Assembly (NCBI GenBank): GCA_050251875.1
Contig: JBFWMA010000002.1
Coordinates: forward strand, 406,606 to 470,605
Source: Deferribacterales bacterium
Lineage (GTDB): Bacteria > Chrysiogenota > Deferribacteres > Deferribacterales > Geovibrionaceae
DNA: 64,000 nucleotides
Direction of reading: 5' to 3'
A program made the position numbers and the translations under genes. Numbering within the stretch: the stretch's first letter is position 1; each line of letters begins with the position of its first letter. The notes beneath the pieces are model-generated. The model saw nothing but the letters and a program-made list of their open reading frames with translations. It was not told the origin of the DNA and did no database searches. Shown piece after piece: positions 59,281-64,000 of the stretch.

Positions 59281-60234
59281 TTATTCCGCGAAAACGCCCA
59301 TATTGCGGTATTTCTGATATCTGTCCTCGAAGAGCTGTTCCGGAGTCATCTTTTTCAGATCGTCCAGACTGGAGAGGATGAAATTCTTCACGTTTTCCGC
59401 TGTCTGTTTATAGTTGCGGTGGGCGCCGCCCATGGGCTCCTCTATTATCTCGTCTATGATATTGAGCTCTTTCAGGTCTTTCGATGTCAGCTTCAGCGCC
59501 TCGGCTGCTCTGCCGGCGTATGCGGCGTCTTTCCAAAGGATAGATGCGCATCCCTCCGGGCTGATAACGGCATAGATAGAGTGTTCCAGCATACCTACAC
59601 GGTTACCCATAGCTATAGCGAGCGCTCCGCCTGAACCGCCCTCTCCGGCTATGACCGTAACCATAGGCACTGTCAGCTCCGCCATCTTCATAAGGCTTTT
59701 GGCGATGGCTTCCGCCTGTCCTCTCTCCTCGGCTCCGATACCGGGATATGCGCCGGGAGTATCCACGAATGTGATGATGGGGCGTTTGAATCTCTCCGCC
59801 ATCTCCATCATTCTCTGGGTTTTTCTGTATCCTTCGGGGTTTACCATACCGAAGTTTCTGAGAATATTCTCTTTGGTGTTTCTTCCTTTCTGATGACCCA
59901 TAACCATCACGGGCTCACCGTTCAGCTTTGCCATTCCGCAGATAATCGCCTGATCGTCTCTGAACAGTCTGTCTCCGTGGAGCTCGGTAAAGTCTGTGAA
60001 TATATTATTGATATAGTCGAGTGTGTAGGGTCTGTCGGGGTGTCTCGCCACCATAACTTTCTGCTGGGGAGTGAGACGTTTATATATATTGGCTCTGACT
60101 TTCGCAAGTTTTGCTTCCAGACCGGCGCACTCTTTTGTCATCTGGTCTGTTCCCATGCCGGGCATATTGCGCAGCTCGTCCAGCTGTGCTTCTATCTCGG
60201 CTATGGGCGCTTCAAAATCAAGAACACTGGGCAT
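59281..60234 (-). CDS. accA: Acetyl-CoA carboxylase carboxyltransferase alpha
   Basis: ARHPDRP, ELHGDR, DTPGAYPG..AEERGQ, GEGGSGGA. Confidence 0.97.
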   Translation of the reverse strand: MPSVLDFEAPIAEIEAQLDELRNMPGMGTDQMTKECAGLEAKLAKVRANIYKRLTPQQKVMVARHPDRPYTLDYINNIFTDFTELHGDRLFRDDQAIICGMAKLNGEPVMVMGHQKGRNTKENILRNFGMVNPEGYRKTQRMMEMAERFKRPIITFVDTPGAYPGIGAEERGQAEAIAKSLMKMAELTVPMVTVIAGEGGSGGALAIAMGNRVGMLEHSIYAVISPEGCASILWKDAAYAGRAAEALKLTSKDLKELNIIDEIIEEPMGGAHRNYKQTAENVKNFILSSLDDLKKMTPEQLFEDRYQKYRNMGVFAE

Positions 60235-60352
60235 ATTTCACCTCAAAATTTCCTGTCATTGGTTGTGTATAATAACTTTTCATTGACTCTATAGCAAGGG
60301 ATAAAAATGCCCCCTCATGTAAATCAGAGAGCATCGCTATACCTTCCAACTG

Positions 60353-60424
60353 AGATTGCCACGTCGCTTACGCTCCTCGCAATGACGGCAAATTACTGTC
60401 ATTGCGAGTAAAGCGAAGCAATCT
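60353..60424. repeat. Intergenic palindromic element (REP/RPE-like)
   Basis: Nested dyads AGATTGC/GCAATCT and CTCGCAATGAC/GTCATTGCGAG. Confidence 0.75.
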
Positions 60425-60439
60425 TAATATTTCTTTAGA

Positions 60440-61279
60440 TTATTTCATACCCTGAATTGCCATGATGTACATCTCAGGATTGTATCCTGCCACGGCTTTT
60501 CCGTTGAAGAATATCTGGGGAGTTCCTGTGATTCCGAGAGACCCAGCCAGTTTAGCCTGAGCGTCTATTTTGTCCTGAACAGCTTTGGAAGCTACCAGAG
60601 TTTTGAATTTAGAGGGGTTGCCTGATTTCGCGGCGAACATGCCTATGATCTCGGCGTCTGTTTTCTTGTCAGTCTCGGGTGTGGTGGAGTAAAGCTCCGC
60701 ACCGAAGTTGCGTCCCATGGAAAGCCCAGCCTCGAACACTTTAGCGTACAGCATAGCTTTCGGGTGGAAGCTCAGAGGCAGATGCATCATGTATACGGCG
60801 GCATCCACTTTTTCGTGTTTCAGAATTTCGTGAACGGCGTTGTAAGCCTTGCGGCAGTAAGGACACTGAAAATCGCTGACTTTAACTATCACGTTCTTGG
60901 AGTTTTTGTTTCCTTCCATTAATGTGAGTTTGGAGAGATCCAGCTTAGTAACGGGTGTTACGTCATATATAAGTTTATCCTTAATATTCTGCTGAGAATC
61001 AGCTTTCACTATTTCAGGATAGATGTATTTACCATCGGTAAAGAGATACTGCTCCTGTGAGCGTCCGGCTTTGGAATCGGTGAGTGTCATTTTTGCGAAA
61101 TACAGCCCCGCAGGCTCGTCCAGTTTTTTTATGATATCTATTTTGATGGACAGATTCGTCATGTTTTTTTCTTTGAAAAACTTTGTCATGGCGGATTCCA
61201 GATCAGATCTGACATCGGCGAAAGCGGAGAAAGAAACCATCAGCATTAATGCTAAAACAGCGGTGAAAATTCTTTTCAT
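60440..61279 (-). CDS. Periplasmic DsbA/DsbC-like thiol-disulfide oxidoreductase
   Basis: Signal peptide, SDFQCPYC, GITGTP. Confidence 0.88.
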   Translation of the reverse strand: MKRIFTAVLALMLMVSFSAFADVRSDLESAMTKFFKEKNMTNLSIKIDIIKKLDEPAGLYFAKMTLTDSKAGRSQEQYLFTDGKYIYPEIVKADSQQNIKDKLIYDVTPVTKLDLSKLTLMEGNKNSKNVIVKVSDFQCPYCRKAYNAVHEILKHEKVDAAVYMMHLPLSFHPKAMLYAKVFEAGLSMGRNFGAELYSTTPETDKKTDAEIIGMFAAKSGNPSKFKTLVASKAVQDKIDAQAKLAGSLGITGTPQIFFNGKAVAGYNPEMYIMAIQGMK

Positions 61280-61446
61280 AATAAACTCCTTCAAAACTTA
61301 GCGGGAATATACACCCGCAGTATTAGACAGAGCAATATATTTTTTAGTTCATATAACAGTTCTGTTATTTTTTGGGGTGACTTTTCATGTATTTGGTGTT
61401 AAAAATTGCGTTCAATTCTATCTTTCATATCTCAAGGAGTTTTTTG

Positions 61447-64000
61447 ATGGATTACAAGGATACCCTGAATCTTCCGCAGACCGACTTTCCTATGAAAGCC
61501 AGTCTGTCGGTGAAAGAGCCTGAAAGGCTGAAAAAGTGGGCAGATGAACAAGTCTACGAAAAAATGCTCTCAGTCCGCGACAGAAACAACCCCTACATAC
61601 TCCACGACGGTCCTCCCTACGCCAACGGCGAAATTCACATCGGACACGCTCTTAACAAGATTCTGAAAGATATTATTATTAAAACAAAAGCTCTGGAAGG
61701 TTTTTACACTCCTTATGTACCCGGATGGGACTGCCACGGTCTGCCCATCGAACTTCAGGTGGATAAGAAACTCGGCAGTAAAAAAGCCGAAATGAGCAAA
61801 TCTGAAATAAGAAAGGAATGCCGCAAGTATGCCGATAAATTCATAGACCTTCAGAGACAGGGATTCAAACGTCTCGGCGGTTTCGGCGACTGGGATCATC
61901 CTTATATTACTATGGACTATAAATACGAGGCGAAAACCCTTCAGGAACTCTACCGCTGTTTTGACAACGGAAGCGTTTTCAAAGGCTCAAAACCCGTCTA
62001 CTGGTGTACATCCTGCGTGACAGCTCTGGCTGAGGCAGAGGTGGAATACGACAACCACACATCTACATCAGTGTTTGTCAAATTCCCCATGAAAGACGCT
62101 TTCAAAGCGAAATTCGGTCTGGCTGAATCAGACAGAGTGTCAGCGGTTATATGGACCACAACTCCGTGGACACTGCCCGCCAACCTCGGGATATGCGCCA
62201 ACGCTGAGCTGGAATACTCAATCATAAAAGTAACAGACACATGCAATAAAAACCTTAAAGGCGGAGAATATCTTATACTCGCCACAGACCTTATAAATGG
62301 TCTTGCCGAGAAATTCGACATCCACACATACGACAGCGTAAAAACCTTCTTCGGAACTGAGCTTGAGCGTGTGGAATTCAAACACGCCTTCTATGACAGA
62401 GTGTCACTCGGTATCTTAGGCGGTCACGTAACGCTGGAAGCAGGTACAGGTCTGGTACACACCGCCCCCGGTCACGGTCAGGAAGACTATGAGGTGGGAC
62501 TGAAATACGGACTCGAAATCCTCAACCCAGTTGACGATTACGGTAAATACAAGAAAAATGTTGAGATATACGCTGAGCAGAGCATCTACAAAGCAGGTCC
62601 CGAGATAGTCAAAATGATGGATGAGCAGGGTTCACTGCTGAACCACGGCGACATCAGCCACAGCTATCCCCACTGCTGGAGATGCAAAAAGCCCGTTATA
62701 TTCCGTGCCACACCCCAGTGGTTCATCGGCATGGAAAAGAACGACCTGCGTAAAAAAGTTCTCAGCGAGATAAAAAAGGTGCGCTGGACACCCGCATGGG
62801 GCGAAAACCGCATCACATCCATGATAGAGAACCGTCCCGACTGGTGTATATCACGCCAGAGAACATGGGGCGTACCCATAGCTGTCCACACATGCGTTGA
62901 CTGCGAAGAGGTAATAACCAACCACGAAATTCAGGGCAAAGTCTTAGAAGCCTTCCGTGAGCACGGCGCTGACGCCTGGTTCGACTATGAAGACAGCCAG
63001 TTTATCCCCGCAGGCACAAAATGCCCCAAATGCGGCGGAACACACTTTAAAAAAGAGACTGACATTCTGGACGTATGGTTCGACTCAGGCACATCACACT
63101 CAGCAGTTCTTGAAGAACGCCCTGAGCTTGCATGGCCCGCTAATATGTATCTGGAAGGATCAGACCAGCACAGAGGCTGGTTCCACAGCTCAATCCTCGA
63201 GAGTGTCTGCACAAGAGGCGTTGCGCCTTACAAAGAAGTTCTCACTCACGGATTCGTTGTGGACGGAAAAGGACGCAAAATGTCCAAATCTGTGGGCAAC
63301 GTTGTATCCCCCAACGATATCATAAATAAATACGGCGCCGAAATTCTTCGTCTCTGGGTGTCCGCTGAGGACTATTCAGAAGACATCAGAATATCTGACG
63401 ACATAGTTACACGTCTGTCAGAATCCTACAGAAAGATAAGAAACACAGCCAGATATCTGCTGGGCAACCTTTACGATTTCAACCCTGACACAGACATGGT
63501 TAAGTTTGAGGAGATGCTCGACCTCGACAGATTCGCTCTGGTCAAATGGCAGGCAGTGAAAAAGAAAATCTATGAAGCATATGATAATTATCAGCTTCAC
63601 GTTTTCTATCATTCTTTCCTGAATTTCTGCATAGGCGATCTGTCCTCATTCTATCTGGACATACTGAAAGACAGGCTCTATGCCTATAAACCGAACTCCA
63701 GAGAGAGACGCTCCGCCCAGACAGCCCTCTATACCATCGTGAAAGAGATGAGCATAGTGATGGCTCCCGTTCTGTGCTTCACAGCGGACGAGATATATGA
63801 ATACATCCCCTCTTCCAAAGATAAGAAAGAGAACGTGTTCATGGAGATGTTCGCCCCCGTGACAGAATACAAAGATGAAGCCAACACAGCCAAATGGCAA
63901 AAAATTCTGGAAGTGCGCAAGGAAGCCACAAAGGCTCTGGAGCTTGCCCGCGCGGCAAAAATCATCGGTCACCCGCTGGACGCCGACATAATAATCGGGT
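61447..64000 (+). CDS. ileS: Isoleucine-tRNA ligase (3' truncated by window; absent from the ORF track)
   Basis: MDYKDTLNLPQTDFPMKA, HDGPPYANGEIHIGH, GWDCHGLPIE, KMSKS near 63280; SD AAGGAG. Confidence 0.97.
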   Translation, partial: MDYKDTLNLPQTDFPMKASLSVKEPERLKKWADEQVYEKMLSVRDRNNPYILHDGPPYANGEIHIGHALNKILKDIIIKTKALEGFYTPYVPGWDCHGLPIELQVDKKLGSKKAEMSKSEIRKECRKYADKFIDLQRQGFKRLGGFGDWDHPYITMDYKYEAKTLQELYRCFDNGSVFKGSKPVYWCTSCVTALAEAEVEYDNHTSTSVFVKFPMKDAFKAKFGLAESDRVSAVIWTTTPWTLPANLGICANAELEYSIIKVTDTCNKNLKGGEYLILATDLINGLAEKFDIHTYDSVKTFFGTELERVEFKHAFYDRVSLGILGGHVTLEAGTGLVHTAPGHGQEDYEVGLKYGLEILNPVDDYGKYKKNVEIYAEQSIYKAGPEIVKMMDEQGSLLNHGDISHSYPHCWRCKKPVIFRATPQWFIGMEKNDLRKKVLSEIKKVRWTPAWGENRITSMIENRPDWCISRQRTWGVPIAVHTCVDCEEVITNHEIQGKVLEAFREHGADAWFDYEDSQFIPAGTKCPKCGGTHFKKETDILDVWFDSGTSHSAVLEERPELAWPANMYLEGSDQHRGWFHSSILESVCTRGVAPYKEVLTHGFVVDGKGRKMSKSVGNVVSPNDIINKYGAEILRLWVSAEDYSEDIRISDDIVTRLSESYRKIRNTARYLLGNLYDFNPDTDMVKFEEMLDLDRFALVKWQAVKKKIYEAYDNYQLHVFYHSFLNFCIGDLSSFYLDILKDRLYAYKPNSRERRSAQTALYTIVKEMSIVMAPVLCFTADEIYEYIPSSKDKKENVFMEMFAPVTEYKDEANTAKWQKILEVRKEATKALELARAAKIIGHPLDADIIIG

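Overview
Bacterial chromosomal window, mostly housekeeping. Gene content and protein sequences suggest Deferribacterota (Seleniivibrio/Denitrovibrio-like); this is inference, not checked. Core loci: clpB 3' end, a second sigma70, modA-modB-modD under two ModE-like boxes, bioB, an ExeA-like ATPase with an SH3b lipoprotein, HU, asd, a hybrid kinase, three EAL/GGDEF genes, cls, nnr-tsaE-valS-nadC-trxB-rsmI, dnaG-rpoD-tRNA(CAT)-nif3-rnhA, greA-xseA, accA-mutL-miaA-hfq and the ileS 5' part. The accessory region (~9.9-19.7 kb) starts at tRNA-Arg(CCG). It holds a HigBA-type pair bounded by a degenerate copy of the tRNA 3' end, a PD-(D/E)xK-like orphan, a RelE/Phd pair and a four-gene operon at 12315-17746. 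That operon encodes a small beta-rich protein, a 1054-aa beta-rich/coiled-coil/hydrophobic-helix protein, a possible HNH-like protein and a patatin phospholipase. It is the best candidate for an undescribed toxin-delivery or defence system. Nearby is an orphan cI/Cro-like regulator pair with head-to-head promoters. All calls come from reading motifs by eye; no searches were run.
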